From an uncultured Gammaproteobacteria bacterium (GTDB lineage: Bacteria > Pseudomonadota > Gammaproteobacteria > UBA9214): DNA of 64,000 nucleotides. The stretch is from positions 219,699 to 283,698 of the forward strand of contig CAVVHS010000002.1 of assembly GCA_963748215.1 (NCBI GenBank), given 5' to 3'. Made by a program: the position numbers and the translations under genes. Each line of letters begins with the position of its first letter. Within the stretch, counting starts at the first letter, position 1. The notes below the pieces were generated by a model, which did no database searches, was not told where the DNA came from, and saw nothing but the letters and a program-made list of their open reading frames with translations. Positions 20,494 through 31,536 of this stretch are shown here, in pieces.

Positions 20494-22155
20494 CTAGTCC
20501 TCGTTGTTGTCGGGCCAGCTGACGACCAGCAGTACCAGGCCGGCGGCACCGGCCAGCCAGGTCAGCAGCGGTGCACCCAGCACCATGGCCGGCGCATAGC
20601 CATCCAGACCGTAGATCACAGCAGCGGACAGCAGCAGGCTGCTGCCGGTAATGGCGCCAATTGTACGCCGATTGGCGTGTCGTACCTCGCGGCGCAGGCG
20701 CCGGAGTTCCTCGGAACGCCATTCCAGCTGGAGCTTGCCCGTGCTGGCCTGTTCCAGCACGCGGTGCGCAAGCATCGGCAGTTCCGGCATGGCGTTGCTC
20801 CAGGCCGGCACGTTATCCCTGATATTGCGCAGCAGCGCGCGCGCACCGAGCTGTTCGCTCATGGTCCGCTCCAGGAACGGCTTGGCGGTCTTCCACAGGT
20901 CGAGTTCCGGATACAGCTGTCGACCGAGTCCCTCGATATTGAGCAGTGTCTTCTGCAGCAGCACCAGCTGCGGCTGTACTTCCATGTTGAAGCGGCGAGC
21001 CGTCTGGAACAGGCGCAACAGCACATTGCCGAAGGAGATTTCCTTGAGCGGCTTTTCGAAGATCGGTTCGCATACCGTGCGGATTGCCGACTCGAATTCG
21101 TCGACGCGCGTGCCGTCCGGCACCCACTCGGACTCGACATGCAATTCGGCAACGCGCCGGTAATCGCGGTTGAAAAAGGCGAGGAAGTTTTCCGCAAGGT
21201 AACGCTGGTCGACCGGGTTCAGGGTACCCATGATACCGAAGTCCACTGCCATGTAGCGCCCGTCGTGACCGACGAAGATGTTGCCGGGATGCATGTCGGC
21301 GTGAAAGAAATTATGCCGGAACACCTGTGTGAAGAATATCTCCACGCCGCGTTCCGAAAGTGTCTTCAGGTCGATGCCGCTGGCATGCAGTGCCTTGATG
21401 TCGCTGATCTGGATACCGCGGATGCGTTCCATGACCATGATCTCGGGCCGGCAGTAGTCCCAGTACACCTCGGGTACGTAAAGGAGGTTGCTGTCGGCGA
21501 AATTACGCCGCAGCTGCGAGGCGTTGGCTGCCTCGCGCAACAGGTCGAGTTCGTCGTACAGGGTCTTTTCGAATTCGGCAACCACCTCGCATGGCCGCAG
21601 GCGCTTGCCGATCGACCAGTAGCGTTCGGCCAGCCCCGCCAACGTGTACAGCAGGTTGACGTCGCGTTCGATGAAATACCTGACATTGGGACGCAGCACC
21701 TTGATGACGACTTCGGTGCCGTCCTTCAGGCGCGCTGTGTGCACCTGCGCAATCGACGCCGATGCGAGCGGTGTCTCCTCGAACTCCTCGAACACGCTTC
21801 CGACCGGCTGACCGAAAACCTTCTCGATCTGTGCCTTCGCCAGACTGCCGGGAAACGGCGGCACATCATCCTGCAGGTGCGCCAGCTCCAGTGCGATGTC
21901 GTCGGGCAGCAGGTCCTGGCGGGTGGACAGGATCTGGCCGAACTTGACGTAAATCGGCCCGAGCTCCTCCAGCGCGCGGCGGATGCGCACGCCGCGCGGA
22001 CCACGCTTGCGTGGAATCCAGTTCCACGGCGCCAGGTAGTACAGGAACCGGACCGGTCGGAACAGGTGCGTGGCGAGGATGATCTCGTCAAGTCCGTGCC
22101 GGGCGAGCACGAAATTGATATGGATCAGGCGAATGATCTGGGCGGGCCGGATCAT
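20494..22155 (-). CDS. ubiB: Ubiquinone biosynthesis kinase-like protein
   Basis: [32 protein letters not shown] motifs. Confidence 0.97.
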   Translation of the reverse strand: MIRPAQIIRLIHINFVLARHGLDEIILATHLFRPVRFLYYLAPWNWIPRKRGPRGVRIRRALEELGPIYVKFGQILSTRQDLLPDDIALELAHLQDDVPPFPGSLAKAQIEKVFGQPVGSVFEEFEETPLASASIAQVHTARLKDGTEVVIKVLRPNVRYFIERDVNLLYTLAGLAERYWSIGKRLRPCEVVAEFEKTLYDELDLLREAANASQLRRNFADSNLLYVPEVYWDYCRPEIMVMERIRGIQISDIKALHASGIDLKTLSERGVEIFFTQVFRHNFFHADMHPGNIFVGHDGRYMAVDFGIMGTLNPVDQRYLAENFLAFFNRDYRRVAELHVESEWVPDGTRVDEFESAIRTVCEPIFEKPLKEISFGNVLLRLFQTARRFNMEVQPQLVLLQKTLLNIEGLGRQLYPELDLWKTAKPFLERTMSEQLGARALLRNIRDNVPAWSNAMPELPMLAHRVLEQASTGKLQLEWRSEELRRLRREVRHANRRTIGAITGSSLLLSAAVIYGLDGYAPAMVLGAPLLTWLAGAAGLVLLVVSWPDNNED

Positions 22156-22778
22156 GCCGGTCTTGCGCCGTCGCCCGGGCGTTGCAGGCGCTTGATACGG
22201 GCGGCGAGGCGGTCGGCGTCCGTCCGGAGACGTGCGACATCCGCGGCAAAGTTATCGACCTCGATCCGTGCCGGCAGCAGGCGAAGTTCTTCCTTCAGAT
22301 AGTCACCGATGTCCTGCTCCAGGGTCAGGCGGCCGTGGCGCAGCGTCCTGCCCGCCCGGCGCGCAGCGTTGCCCAGCCGGTGTGCGACGGTGTCGCCGGC
22401 CAGCCTTGAGAGGTGCTCTTCCCAGTCGATGTCCATGTCATCGAGGATGGCCTTGAATTCCTGTCCGGTTTCGACGTCGCCGCTGATGGTGACCTCGCCC
22501 GAGAACAGCGGCTTGCCGGCAGTGCCGCCGATGCCGAGCCGTGCGAGCGCCAGCGGGCTGCCGTGCAACAGGGTATCGGCCGGTCCCTCGTGTTCGCCGC
22601 TGATGCGGATGCCGTGCTCGCCGGGGTAGAGATACAGCTGCAGACCGGTCCCGGTCAGATCGATGCCGATGCAGCGCCCTTCCAGCGCGGCCATGCGCGC
22701 CCGGTTGTCCGGGTCGAGCCCCATCCAGCCGTTGGCGGCGGACTCGAGCGCACGGATGAATCCCGCCGGCAGCGTCAT
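22152..22778 (-). CDS. ubiJ: Ubiquinone biosynthesis accessory factor (SCP2 domain)
   Basis: [14 protein letters not shown] motif; lies between ubiE and ubiB. Confidence 0.9.
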   Translation of the reverse strand: MTLPAGFIRALESAANGWMGLDPDNRARMAALEGRCIGIDLTGTGLQLYLYPGEHGIRISGEHEGPADTLLHGSPLALARLGIGGTAGKPLFSGEVTISGDVETGQEFKAILDDMDIDWEEHLSRLAGDTVAHRLGNAARRAGRTLRHGRLTLEQDIGDYLKEELRLLPARIEVDNFAADVARLRTDADRLAARIKRLQRPGDGARPA

Positions 22779-22809
22779 ACCGCGGCGCGTGCCCGTGCCG
22801 CCGCCCTGC

Positions 22810-23553
22810 TCAGAACTTGTAGCCACGGTGGATGGCGACGATGCCGCCGCTCAGGTTGTGATAGTCGCATTGCTCGAAACCGGCCTGCTCCAGCATGCCC
22901 TGCAGCGTCTGCTGGTCCGGGTGCATGCGGATGGATTCCGCGAGATAACGGTAGCTGTCGGCGTCGCGCGCGACCAGACGTCCGAGCCGGGGCAGGATGC
23001 TGAACGAATAGAAGTCATAGGCCGGCTTGAGCACGGGCGCGGGGCGGGAAAATTCCAGCACCAGCAGGCGGCCGCCCGGCCGCAGCACCCGCTGCATCGC
23101 GTGCAGTGCCTGTTGCTTGTCAGTGACGTTGCGCAGGCCGAATGCGATCGTGACCAGGTCGAAGCTGTTGTCGGGGAACGGCAGCTGCTCCGCGTTGGCC
23201 AGGGTAAAACTCACGTTGCCGCTGATGCCGTGGTCCAGCAGGGCGCTGCGGCCCTTGTTCAGCATGGCGGCATTGATATCCGACAGCACCACATGACCGG
23301 CGGGCCCGGTGAGCGGCGCCATCAGCCGCGTCAGGTCCCCGGTGCCGCCGGCCAGGTCCAGGATGCGCTGGCCGGGGCGTATGCCGGCCATATTGATCGC
23401 GTAGCGCTTCCAGAGCCGGTGGATGCCGAACGACATGAGGTCGTTCATCAGGTCGTAGTTGTCGGCGACCGAATCGAACACTGCCCGCACATGCCCTGCC
23501 TTTTCCTCGACCGGCACATCGCGAAAACCGAAATGGGTCGTTTTGTCTGGCAT
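22810..23553 (-). CDS. ubiE: Ubiquinone/menaquinone C-methyltransferase
   Basis: [32 protein letters not shown] motifs. Confidence 0.97.
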   Translation of the reverse strand: MPDKTTHFGFRDVPVEEKAGHVRAVFDSVADNYDLMNDLMSFGIHRLWKRYAINMAGIRPGQRILDLAGGTGDLTRLMAPLTGPAGHVVLSDINAAMLNKGRSALLDHGISGNVSFTLANAEQLPFPDNSFDLVTIAFGLRNVTDKQQALHAMQRVLRPGGRLLVLEFSRPAPVLKPAYDFYSFSILPRLGRLVARDADSYRYLAESIRMHPDQQTLQGMLEQAGFEQCDYHNLSGGIVAIHRGYKF

Positions 23554-23642
23554 GGCGGCTCGTATCCCGATAATGATTGATTAATTTACCGTAAAGAGCG
23601 GCCGCGCGCAGGGAAAAATGCAGCTGCCGGCGGCCGGGACCG

Positions 23643-24017
23643 TCAGTCCGTGGCGTGTTCCCTGCGGCTGTGTCCGGCGGCGGCCAGCTTGTCCAGGTAT
23701 TCCTGCCAGTATCTGTCCCTGTTCTTGCCCAGGTCGTAGAGGGTTTCCCAGGAATAGATGCCGGTATCGTGCCCGTCGTCGAAGGTCGGCTGGATGGCAT
23801 AGCTGCCGATCGGATCCAGGCGGGTGATCACGACGTCTTCCTTGCCGATTTGCAGCGTGCCCTGGCCCGGCCCGTGGCCCTGCACTTCCGCCGAGGGCGA
23901 ATGCACGCGCAGGAATTCATAGCTCAGTGTGAAAGACTCGCCGGTGTCGAAGGCGATTTTCAGGACGCGGGATTTCTGGTGCAGGCTGATCTCAACGGGT
24001 TTCGGTTTGCTCGGCAT
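23643..24017 (-). CDS. DUF971-family protein
   Basis: EFLRVHSPSAEVQGH and FDDGHDTGIYSW motifs. Confidence 0.9.
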   Translation of the reverse strand: MPSKPKPVEISLHQKSRVLKIAFDTGESFTLSYEFLRVHSPSAEVQGHGPGQGTLQIGKEDVVITRLDPIGSYAIQPTFDDGHDTGIYSWETLYDLGKNRDRYWQEYLDKLAAAGHSRREHATD

Positions 24018-24116
24018 GGTTTTACCTTCGGTATGAGTTTGTTGTTGCTGGGCAATGCACGATTTGTGCAGGGACATGGCTTTGACTTGTGTCCGGCGCT
24101 GACCCGGGCACGCTCA

Positions 24117-25445
24117 TCAGAGTATATACCGGCTCAGGTCCTCGTCCTGCGCCAGCGCGGCGAGTTGCGTATCGACATAGGCCGCATCGATACGGGTCGT
24201 GCTGTCGGCGCGGTCGGTTGCCTCGAATGATATGGACTCCAGCAGGCGTTCCAGGACCGTGTGCAGGCGCCGCGCGCCGATGTTCTCGGTACGCGCGTTG
24301 ATGTTGCTGGCGATTTCGGCGATCCGCTCGATACCGTCGGCGCTGAACTCCAGGGTCACGGACTCCGTGGCCAGCAGTGCCGCATACTGCTCGGTGAGCG
24401 AGGCATCCGGTTCGGTGAGAATGCGCACGAAGTCGGCAGCGTTTAGGTCGTCCAGCTCGACCCGGATCGGCAGGCGGCCCTGCAGTTCCGGGATAAGGTC
24501 GGAGGGCTTGGACAGGTGGAATGCACCCGAGGCGATGAACAGGATGTGGTCGGTCTTGATCATGCCGTGCTTGGTGGTGACGGTGCAGCCTTCCACGAGC
24601 GGCAGCAGGTCGCGCTGCACGCCCTCGCGCGAGACGTCCGGGCCGCTGCTCTCGCCGCGCCGTGTGACCTTGTCGATCTCGTCGATGAACACGATGCCGT
24701 TCTGCTCGACGTTGTCCAGAGCCTGGTGCTTGAGCTCGTCCTCGTTGACCATGCGTGCAGCCTCTTCCTCGATCAGCAGCCGGCGCGCATCGCGAATGCG
24801 CAGCTTGCGGGTCTTGCTGCGCTTGCCGCCCATGTTCTGGAACATGTCCTGCAGCTGGCTGGTCATTTCCTCCATGCCGGGCGGAGCCATGATCTCCACG
24901 CCGACCGGCGTGACCGCCACGGTGATCTCGATTTCCGTGTCGTCCAGTGCGCCCTCGCGCAGCCGCTTGCGAAATTTCTGGCGGGTGTCGGATTCGCTAT
25001 GGCCGTCCGTGTCCGGCGCCATGCTCCTGGGTCCGGGCAGCAGGGCATCCAGGACGCGCTCCTCGGCGGCGTCTTCCGCCCGGTGGCGCACCTTCGCCAT
25101 GGCGGCTTCACGCGCCAATTTCATGGCCGCGTCGACCAGATCACGCACGATCGACTCCACATCACGACCGACATAGCCAACTTCGGTGAATTTCGTCGCT
25201 TCGACCTTGATAAAGGGTGCATTGGCCAGCCGCGCGAGACGACGCGCGATCTCGGTCTTGCCTACGCCGGTCGGACCGATCATGAGAATGTTTTTCGGTG
25301 TGATCTCGGCACGCAGCGATTCATCGACCTGCATGCGGCGCCAGCGATTGCGCAGGGCGATGGCCACGGCGCGCTTGGCGGCGTCCTGGCCGATAATGTG
25401 CTTGTCCAGTTCCTGGACAATCTCTCTGGGGGTCATATCAGACAT
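24117..25445 (-). CDS. hslU: HslUV protease ATPase subunit
   Basis: [26 protein letters not shown] motifs. Confidence 0.98.
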   Translation of the reverse strand: MSDMTPREIVQELDKHIIGQDAAKRAVAIALRNRWRRMQVDESLRAEITPKNILMIGPTGVGKTEIARRLARLANAPFIKVEATKFTEVGYVGRDVESIVRDLVDAAMKLAREAAMAKVRHRAEDAAEERVLDALLPGPRSMAPDTDGHSESDTRQKFRKRLREGALDDTEIEITVAVTPVGVEIMAPPGMEEMTSQLQDMFQNMGGKRSKTRKLRIRDARRLLIEEEAARMVNEDELKHQALDNVEQNGIVFIDEIDKVTRRGESSGPDVSREGVQRDLLPLVEGCTVTTKHGMIKTDHILFIASGAFHLSKPSDLIPELQGRLPIRVELDDLNAADFVRILTEPDASLTEQYAALLATESVTLEFSADGIERIAEIASNINARTENIGARRLHTVLERLLESISFEATDRADSTTRIDAAYVDTQLAALAQDEDLSRYIL

Positions 25446-25521
25446 TTTCGTTACAAATAGTGAGATTAAGCGACTTTTGGCAACAAGTGGCGCGGATTCG
25501 GCGACAATGGCGCGACGGCGT

Positions 25522-26064
25522 TCATGTGGTCGCGAGCTCCTCGAGCGCCGTGTTGCCGTTGGTATAGATGCAGATGTCCGCGGCGATGCGCAATCCGGCC
25601 TCGGTGATGGCGCGGGCATCCATGTCGGTGTTTTCCAGCAACGCGCGCGCCGCGGCCTTGGCGTAGGCGCCGCCCGAGCCGATCGCCATGAGCGCATGTT
25701 CCGGCTCGATAACATCGCCGTTGCCACTGATGATCAGCGAGGCCTCGCGGTCGGCCACGGCCAGCAGCGCCTCGAGGTTGCGCAGCATCTTGTTGGTGCG
25801 CCAGTCCTTGGCCAGCTCGACGGCGGCCCGGGTCAGGTGGCCGCTGTGCTTTTCCAGCTTGCCTTCGAACAGCTCGAACAGGGTGAAGGCGTCGGCCGTG
25901 CCACCGGCGAAGCCGGCGATTACCCGGTCATGGTAGAGGCGGCGTACCTTGCGGGCGTTACCCTTCATCACCGTGTCACCCATGGTGACCTGGCCGTCGC
26001 CGCCAATCACGACGCAGTCACCGCGTCGCACGGAAAGTATGGTCGTCCCGCGAAACTGATCCAC
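25522..26064 (-). CDS. hslV: HslUV protease peptidase subunit
   Basis: TTILSV, GDGQVT, IGSGG, CIYTN motifs; GTG start inferred. Confidence 0.97.
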   Translation of the reverse strand: MDQFRGTTILSVRRGDCVVIGGDGQVTMGDTVMKGNARKVRRLYHDRVIAGFAGGTADAFTLFELFEGKLEKHSGHLTRAAVELAKDWRTNKMLRNLEALLAVADREASLIISGNGDVIEPEHALMAIGSGGAYAKAAARALLENTDMDARAITEAGLRIAADICIYTNGNTALEELATT

Positions 26065-26363
26065 GAACAGGCTCCTGCCGGATAAAGGGCGCTCGATTGT
26101 ACACCATACAGTTGGGGCGATCGGTTCGATCCCAATGGCGCGTGCAGGATTTGTTACGCAAACCGGGCGGCCCGCTGCCGTCGCCCGCCATACCACAATT
26201 GGCCATAATTACGGCCGGCCACAAAACCGGGGTTTGCTGTATTTTTTACTCTCCGACGTCCTGGTCAGCCTGGAATCGGCCTCGCGGCACGCCCGGGTGA
26301 CGTGATTCCGCTCGCCGGGGCGGTTACGGGTCTGCCCCGGGAGGGCGTTCGCGGGGCCGGCCA

Positions 26364-26380
26364 TTGGTTTTTATCTTGCT
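26364..26380 (+). promoter_or_regulatory. Possible orphan sigma54 promoter
   Basis: TTGGTTTTTATCTTGCT has GG-N10-GC spacing and is followed by an A/T-rich tract. Confidence 0.4.
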
Positions 26381-26499
26381 GTTTTAGTAATAAAAATAAA
26401 AATATATAGGGTATAATTTATTATTCAATAATACCCCATTTGGCGCGCCCGGGCGGGCACGCGGCCACGGTTGGCACCGACGCGAGGAATTCCGGGCGG

Positions 26500-27402
26500 T
26501 CAGGAGTTCCGCGACTTGCGGGCCCTGGGATGGGCCTGGTCGTAGACCTGGGCGAGGTGCTGGAAATCGAGGTGGGTGTAGATCTGGGTGGTGCTGATGT
26601 CGGCATGCCCGAGCAGTTCCTGCACCGCGCGCAGATCGCCGCTGGATTCCAGCAGGTGGCTGGCGAAGGAATGGCGCAGGGTGTGCGGATGCAGCTTGCC
26701 GGGCACGTTGCGTTGCAGGGCGCGTTGCCGAATGCGTTGCTGCACGGCGCGGGCGCCGAGCCGGCGTCCGCCACGGCCGGTGAACAGGGCGGTCTCGCCA
26801 GGGGTTGCGGCACGCCGTGCCAGCCACGCCTGCAGCGCCGTGATCGCCTTGGCGCCGACCGGCACGACCCGGGTCTTGGCGCCCTTGCCGGTGACGCGCA
26901 CCACGCGTTCGTCAAAATCGATATCGGCGAGGTCGAGCGCGACCAGTTCGGCCAGCCGCAGGCCGGAGGAATAGAACAGCTCCAGGATGGCGATGTCGCG
27001 CACCACCAGCGGGTCCTCGCTGCGACCGCGCAACAGCCGGTCAAGATCGTCCACGTTCAGGGTATCGGGCAGGTGACGTGGCGCGCGTGGCGCCTGCACG
27101 TCCAGGCCGGGATTCAGTTGCACGGCACCTTCGCGCAGCAGGTAATTGTAGAAGGTACGCAGGGCCGACAGCCGGCGCTGGATGCTGCGGCCGCCCAGCC
27201 CGCGCCGGTGCGCCTGGGCGGCGTACTGCCGCACCTGGCGGGTGTCGAGCCGGCGCCAGCCGTCGATGCCGTTGTTGCGGCACCAGGCCTGCAATTCCTG
27301 CAGGTCGCGCTGATAGTGTTTCGAGGTGTTCGCCGACAGCCGGCGTTCTGTCTGCAGGTGATGCAGGAAGCGCGTGATCCAGTCGGCGGTGTCAGCGGTC
27401 AC
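26500..27402 (-). CDS. xerC: Tyrosine recombinase XerC
   Basis: SGLRLAEL, GKG, HTLRHSFASHLLESSGDLRAVQELLGH, TQIYTH motifs; dapF-DUF484-xerC context. Confidence 0.96.
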   Translation of the reverse strand: MTADTADWITRFLHHLQTERRLSANTSKHYQRDLQELQAWCRNNGIDGWRRLDTRQVRQYAAQAHRRGLGGRSIQRRLSALRTFYNYLLREGAVQLNPGLDVQAPRAPRHLPDTLNVDDLDRLLRGRSEDPLVVRDIAILELFYSSGLRLAELVALDLADIDFDERVVRVTGKGAKTRVVPVGAKAITALQAWLARRAATPGETALFTGRGGRRLGARAVQQRIRQRALQRNVPGKLHPHTLRHSFASHLLESSGDLRAVQELLGHADISTTQIYTHLDFQHLAQVYDQAHPRARKSRNS

Positions 27403-27432
27403 GTGCCGGTGTGCCGGTCGGTGATGCCTGGT

Positions 27433-28170
27433 TCAGGCACCGGGACCGTTGGAGGTCATGATGCCGATTTTCTTGGTATGCAGGGCGAGCAGGGTGCCGA
27501 GCAGTTCGCCCAGGTGGGTCAGGAACAGCGTGCCCATGCCGGGGTGGAAGTGACTGGCCTCCTGGCTGCCGATGGCCAGCAGGCCGAAACAGCACTTCTG
27601 GCCCAGCGGCACCAGCGCGGCGGATTCGATGGCCTCGGCCTGGTCGCCGAACAGGTACTGGAGCTGTTCCTTCTTGAAGCGGCCGCATTGCGGCCGCGCG
27701 GTCTTCAGGAAGGACTCGAAGTGTCCCAGCTCTGCGCTGTCCGGGTTGAAGATATCAACGTCGCATTCGCGCGCCTGCAGGTCGCTCAGTCCGATGATGC
27801 GCAGCGTGACGGTGTCGGCCTTGAACTCGCCGATCAGGTTTTCCCGCAGCGTATCGAGCAGGGCCTCCAGGGAATTCGCGCCGATCAGGTCCAGCGTCAG
27901 CTGGTGCATGCGCTCGTTGAGGCGGTTGTTGTCCCGCGCCACCTGGACCAGGTCCATCAGCTTGCGTTTCAACTGGCTGTTCTGGTCGCGCAGTACCTTC
28001 ACCTGGTGCTCGACCAGCGAGACCGCCGGGCCGCAGCTGTGCGGGATTTCCAGGCTCGCCAGCAGGCTGGTATTGTTCTGGAAGAATTCGGGGTTGTCGC
28101 GCAGGTAGTCGGCGACGGATTTTTCGTCCAGTGGCTCTGCCGCCGGCCGGCTCTGCTGTGATGTCGTCAT
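27433..28170 (-). CDS. DUF484 (YigA) family protein
   Basis: [26 protein letters not shown] motifs; conserved context. Confidence 0.92.
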   Translation of the reverse strand: MTTSQQSRPAAEPLDEKSVADYLRDNPEFFQNNTSLLASLEIPHSCGPAVSLVEHQVKVLRDQNSQLKRKLMDLVQVARDNNRLNERMHQLTLDLIGANSLEALLDTLRENLIGEFKADTVTLRIIGLSDLQARECDVDIFNPDSAELGHFESFLKTARPQCGRFKKEQLQYLFGDQAEAIESAALVPLGQKCCFGLLAIGSQEASHFHPGMGTLFLTHLGELLGTLLALHTKKIGIMTSNGPGA

Positions 28171-28997
28171 AGCTCGATGCGCCCCTGATAGACGGTCGTG
28201 GCGGGTCCGGTCATCATGACCGGCTGACCCTCACCGGCCCAGCTTACCACAAGTTCACCGCCCTTCAGGACCACTTTTACCGTTTCATCCAGCTCGCCCC
28301 AGAGCCGGCCCGCCACCACCGCCGCGCAGGCGCCGCTGCCACAGGCCAGCGTTTCGCCGGCGCCGCGCTCATAGACGCGAACACGCACGGTTGCATCATC
28401 CATGATCTGCATGAAGCCGGCATTGACGCGTTCCGGGAAGCGGGGATGCCGCTCGATCAGCGGGCCGAGGGTGGCGACCGGTGCCGTGGCGATGTCAGCC
28501 ACGAGCAGCACGGCATGCGGGTTGCCCATGGACAGCGCACCGATTTCATACGACCGTCCATCCACCTCCAGCGTATAGCGGGCGGTCTGCGATGCCGCGG
28601 CGAACGGGATCTCCGCCGGTGCCAGGCGCGGCACGCCCATGTTCACGGTGACCAGACCGTCCGGGTCGCGCACCAGTTCCAGCACGCCATTCAGGGTTTC
28701 GACCCGGATCCGCTGCTTGTCGCTCAGTCCCTGCTCGCGCACGAACTGCATGAAGCAGCGCGCGCCGTTGCCGCATTGCGCTACTTCGCTGCCGTCGGCG
28801 TTGAAGATACGATAGCGGAAATCGGCCTCCGCCGAGCCGGCCGATTCGACCAGCAGCAGCTGGTCACAGCCGATACCGAAATGCCGGTCCGCCAGCCGGC
28901 GCACCTGTTCCGCGCTCAACGCGACCGGCTGGCGGATGGCATCGATGACGATGAAATCGTTGCCCAGCCCGTGCATCTTGGTGAATTCGAGGGTCAT
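28167..28997 (-). CDS. dapF: Diaminopimelate epimerase
   Basis: [29 protein letters not shown] motifs. Confidence 0.98.
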   Translation of the reverse strand: MTLEFTKMHGLGNDFIVIDAIRQPVALSAEQVRRLADRHFGIGCDQLLLVESAGSAEADFRYRIFNADGSEVAQCGNGARCFMQFVREQGLSDKQRIRVETLNGVLELVRDPDGLVTVNMGVPRLAPAEIPFAAASQTARYTLEVDGRSYEIGALSMGNPHAVLLVADIATAPVATLGPLIERHPRFPERVNAGFMQIMDDATVRVRVYERGAGETLACGSGACAAVVAGRLWGELDETVKVVLKGGELVVSWAGEGQPVMMTGPATTVYQGRIEL

Positions 28998-29071
28998 GTT
29001 TTAATCGTGCCATGCTTTTGAAAAAATATCTCGCGCAAAGCCGCCAAGGGGTTAAGAAAATTAAAAAACCG

Positions 29072-29104
29072 CCTCGCGCAGAGACGCAGAGTTCGCAGCG
29101 GAAA
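29072..29104 (+). repeat. CGCAGAG-type repeat arm without the 48-bp insert
   Basis: CCTCGCGCAGAGACGCAGAGTTCGCAGCGGAAA; its reverse complement matches 29200-29280 at 32/33 once the insert is removed. Confidence 0.9.
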
Positions 29105-29199
29105 TCTATTGCTGCCGGTGAAACGAGGAAGTAATTCAAGGCGGAATGTAACAAGCACGCATACCGGTACTGTATAACATCAATCCCGTTTGAATCGGT

Positions 29200-29280
29200 T
29201 TTCCTCTGCGAACTCTGCGTCTCTCGGCAACTGCTCCTTGCGTTGCCCTACCTCCTACATCCCTGTAGTCGTGCGCGAGG
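29200..29280 (-). repeat. Repeat arm copy A, with 48-bp insert at 29225-29272
   Basis: Near-identical to copies at 44756, 45337 and 49658. Confidence 0.95.
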
Positions 29281-29313
29281 AAATATCTTTACGTCTTTGC
29301 ACGTGACCGGATT

Positions 29314-30564
29314 TCACTCCGGCAGCAGGTGCTCGCCGCGATAGAGGTCGGCGACGTTTTCGCGTTCGCGCACCACGTGCACCTGCGTGCCATCGACCAT
29401 GACCTCCGCCGCACGCGGCCGTGTGTTGTAGTTCGAGCTCATGGTGAAGCCGTAGGCGCCAGACGAGCGGATCGCCAGCAGGTCGCCGGCGGCGAGATTG
29501 AACACGCGCTGTTTGCCCAGGAAGTCACCGGTCTCGCAGACGGGGCCGACGATGTCGTAGGCCATGGCCGTGCCGGTGCGCGGCTGCACCGGCACGATCT
29601 CGTGCCAGGCGTTGTACAGTGCGGGACGTGCCAGGTCGTTCATCGCGGCATCGATGATGGCGAAGTTGCGATGCGCGGTGTGCTTGAGGTATTCGACGCG
29701 CGTGAGCAGGATGCCGGCATTGCCGGCGATGGCACGGCCCGGTTCCAGCAGGATTTCCTGCGTGCGCCCGGCGAGCCGCGTCATGAGTGCCTCGACGTAG
29801 GCGGCCGGCGATGGCATGGCATCGGCCGGCCGGTAGGGTATGCCCAGTCCGCCGCCGAGGTCGATGTGCGCCAGCCGTATGCCTTCCCCGTGCAGACGGT
29901 CGACCAGTACGAGGACGCGATCCAGCGCATCGACGAACGGCGTCACGTCCTTCAGCTGCGACCCGATATGGCAATCGATGCCGGTGATCTTCAGGTGCGG
30001 CAGCTTGGCTGCCGCGCGGTAGGCATCCAGCGCCGCGTCCACCGCAATGCCGAACTTGTTATCGCGCAGGCCGGTAGAGATGTAGGGGTGCGTTTTCGCA
30101 TCGACATCGGGATTGACGCGCAGCGAGACCGGTGCGGTCCTGCCGCACCCGGCGGCGATCCCGTTGAGGCGTTCCAGCTCGGTTTCGGATTCGACATTGA
30201 AACAGCGGATGCCGGCCTCAAGTGCCAGGCGCATTTCGTCGGTGCGCTTGCCGACCCCGGAAAACACGACCCGTCCGGGATCGCCGCCGGCGGTGAGCAC
30301 GCGCTGCAGCTCGCCACCCGAGACGATATCGAAACCCGAGCCGAGCCGGGCGAGCGTCTGCAGCACGGCGAGGTTTGAATTTGCCTTGACGGCATAGCAG
30401 ACCAGGTGCGGGAGCGCGGCCAGCGCATCATCGAATACGTGCCAGTGTCGTTCCAGGGTGGCGCGCGAGTAGACGTAGCAGGGCGTACCACAGCGCACCG
30501 CGATATCGTCAAGGGCGACTTGCTCGGCGTACAGGCGGCCGCCGTGAAAACGGAAATGATCCAT
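29314..30564 (-). CDS. lysA: Diaminopimelate decarboxylase
   Basis: YAVKANSN, HIGSQ, EPGR, GPVCETGD, MSSNYN motifs. Confidence 0.98.
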   Translation of the reverse strand: MDHFRFHGGRLYAEQVALDDIAVRCGTPCYVYSRATLERHWHVFDDALAALPHLVCYAVKANSNLAVLQTLARLGSGFDIVSGGELQRVLTAGGDPGRVVFSGVGKRTDEMRLALEAGIRCFNVESETELERLNGIAAGCGRTAPVSLRVNPDVDAKTHPYISTGLRDNKFGIAVDAALDAYRAAAKLPHLKITGIDCHIGSQLKDVTPFVDALDRVLVLVDRLHGEGIRLAHIDLGGGLGIPYRPADAMPSPAAYVEALMTRLAGRTQEILLEPGRAIAGNAGILLTRVEYLKHTAHRNFAIIDAAMNDLARPALYNAWHEIVPVQPRTGTAMAYDIVGPVCETGDFLGKQRVFNLAAGDLLAIRSSGAYGFTMSSNYNTRPRAAEVMVDGTQVHVVRERENVADLYRGEHLLPE

Positions 30565-30565
30565 G

Positions 30566-30721
30566 CTATTCCCGTGGTTCCGGCGCCTGCTCGTCCTGTG
30601 GCGGTGGTATCGTATTCTTCACGGGCGGCGCTGTCTTATCCGGTAGATACAGCGAGCCGGTCTGGCCGCAAGCGGACAGGCACAGCAGCAGGGGCAGCAG
30701 CTTGAGGTATCGGAGGTACAT
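30566..30721 (-). CDS. lptM: Small lipoprotein of the LptM/LppL (YifL) family
   Basis: Lipobox LSAC followed by GQTGSLYLP; immediately upstream of lysA. Confidence 0.85.
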   Translation of the reverse strand: MYLRYLKLLPLLLCLSACGQTGSLYLPDKTAPPVKNTIPPPQDEQAPEPRE

Positions 30722-30846
30722 GGCACGGGTCCGGTTGAGTCTGGCGCCAGTATACGTGGACACCCTGTCAAACCCAATGTGCGAACGGCCCCGGTCACGC
30801 CCGCAGCGGGTGAATATTTCGCGCCTTCTGGTGCATACTGGCCGGC

Positions 30847-31536
30847 ATGACAACGCCCCTGCTCAACGCGGTCGAGATCGATCCGCCCGGCGCCCCGACC
30901 GGCTGCGTCATCTGGTTGCACGGGCTCGGCGCCGACGGCCATGATTTCGAAGCGCTGATCCCTCACCTCGGTATCGTCGAGCAGCTCGGCGTGCGCGTCG
31001 TGCTGCCGCATGCGCCGGAACGTCCGGTCACCATCAACGCCGGCATGCGCATGCCGGCCTGGTACGATATCGAGGCGCTCGGGATCGGAGCGCACGAGGA
31101 TGCCGCGGGCATCCGCCAGTCGCAGCAGCAGCTGCAGGCGCTGATCAAACGGGAGATCGATGCGGGCATCCCGTCACGACGGATCGTGCTGGCGGGCTTC
31201 TCGCAGGGCGGGGCGGTTGTGCTGCACACCGGGCTGCGCTACCCGCAGCCGCTGGCCGGCATCCTGGCCCTGTCGACCTACCTGCCGCTGCGCGATGCGC
31301 TGGCGACCGAGGCGGCGGTGGCGAACCGTGCCGTACCGATCATGATGATGCACGGCACCTCCGACCCGGTCGTGCCGGTGCAGCTGGCGCTGGCCTCGCG
31401 TGATTTTCTCGTGCAACAGGGTTACGCGGTCGGCTGGCATACCTGGCCGATGCAGCACGCGGTATGTGCCGAGGAGGTGGCGGTGATCAGCGCGTGGCTG
31501 TCACGCGTGCTGGCGCCGGTTTCACACCGCGATTGA
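30847..31536 (+). CDS. Alpha/beta-hydrolase carboxylesterase/phospholipase
   Basis: WLHGLGADG, AWYDI, GFSQGG, HGTSD motifs. Confidence 0.93.
   Translation: MTTPLLNAVEIDPPGAPTGCVIWLHGLGADGHDFEALIPHLGIVEQLGVRVVLPHAPERPVTINAGMRMPAWYDIEALGIGAHEDAAGIRQSQQQLQALIKREIDAGIPSRRIVLAGFSQGGAVVLHTGLRYPQPLAGILALSTYLPLRDALATEAAVANRAVPIMMMHGTSDPVVPVQLALASRDFLVQQGYAVGWHTWPMQHAVCAEEVAVISAWLSRVLAPVSHRD

Noticed and set aside
26110-26137. Sigma32-like promoter for hslVU on the minus strand
   Set aside because: The CCCCAA -10 is plausible but the -35 match is poor.
26500-27402. Tyrosine recombinase as a prophage or island integrase
   Set aside because: Motifs and the dapF-DUF484 context identify it as housekeeping XerC.
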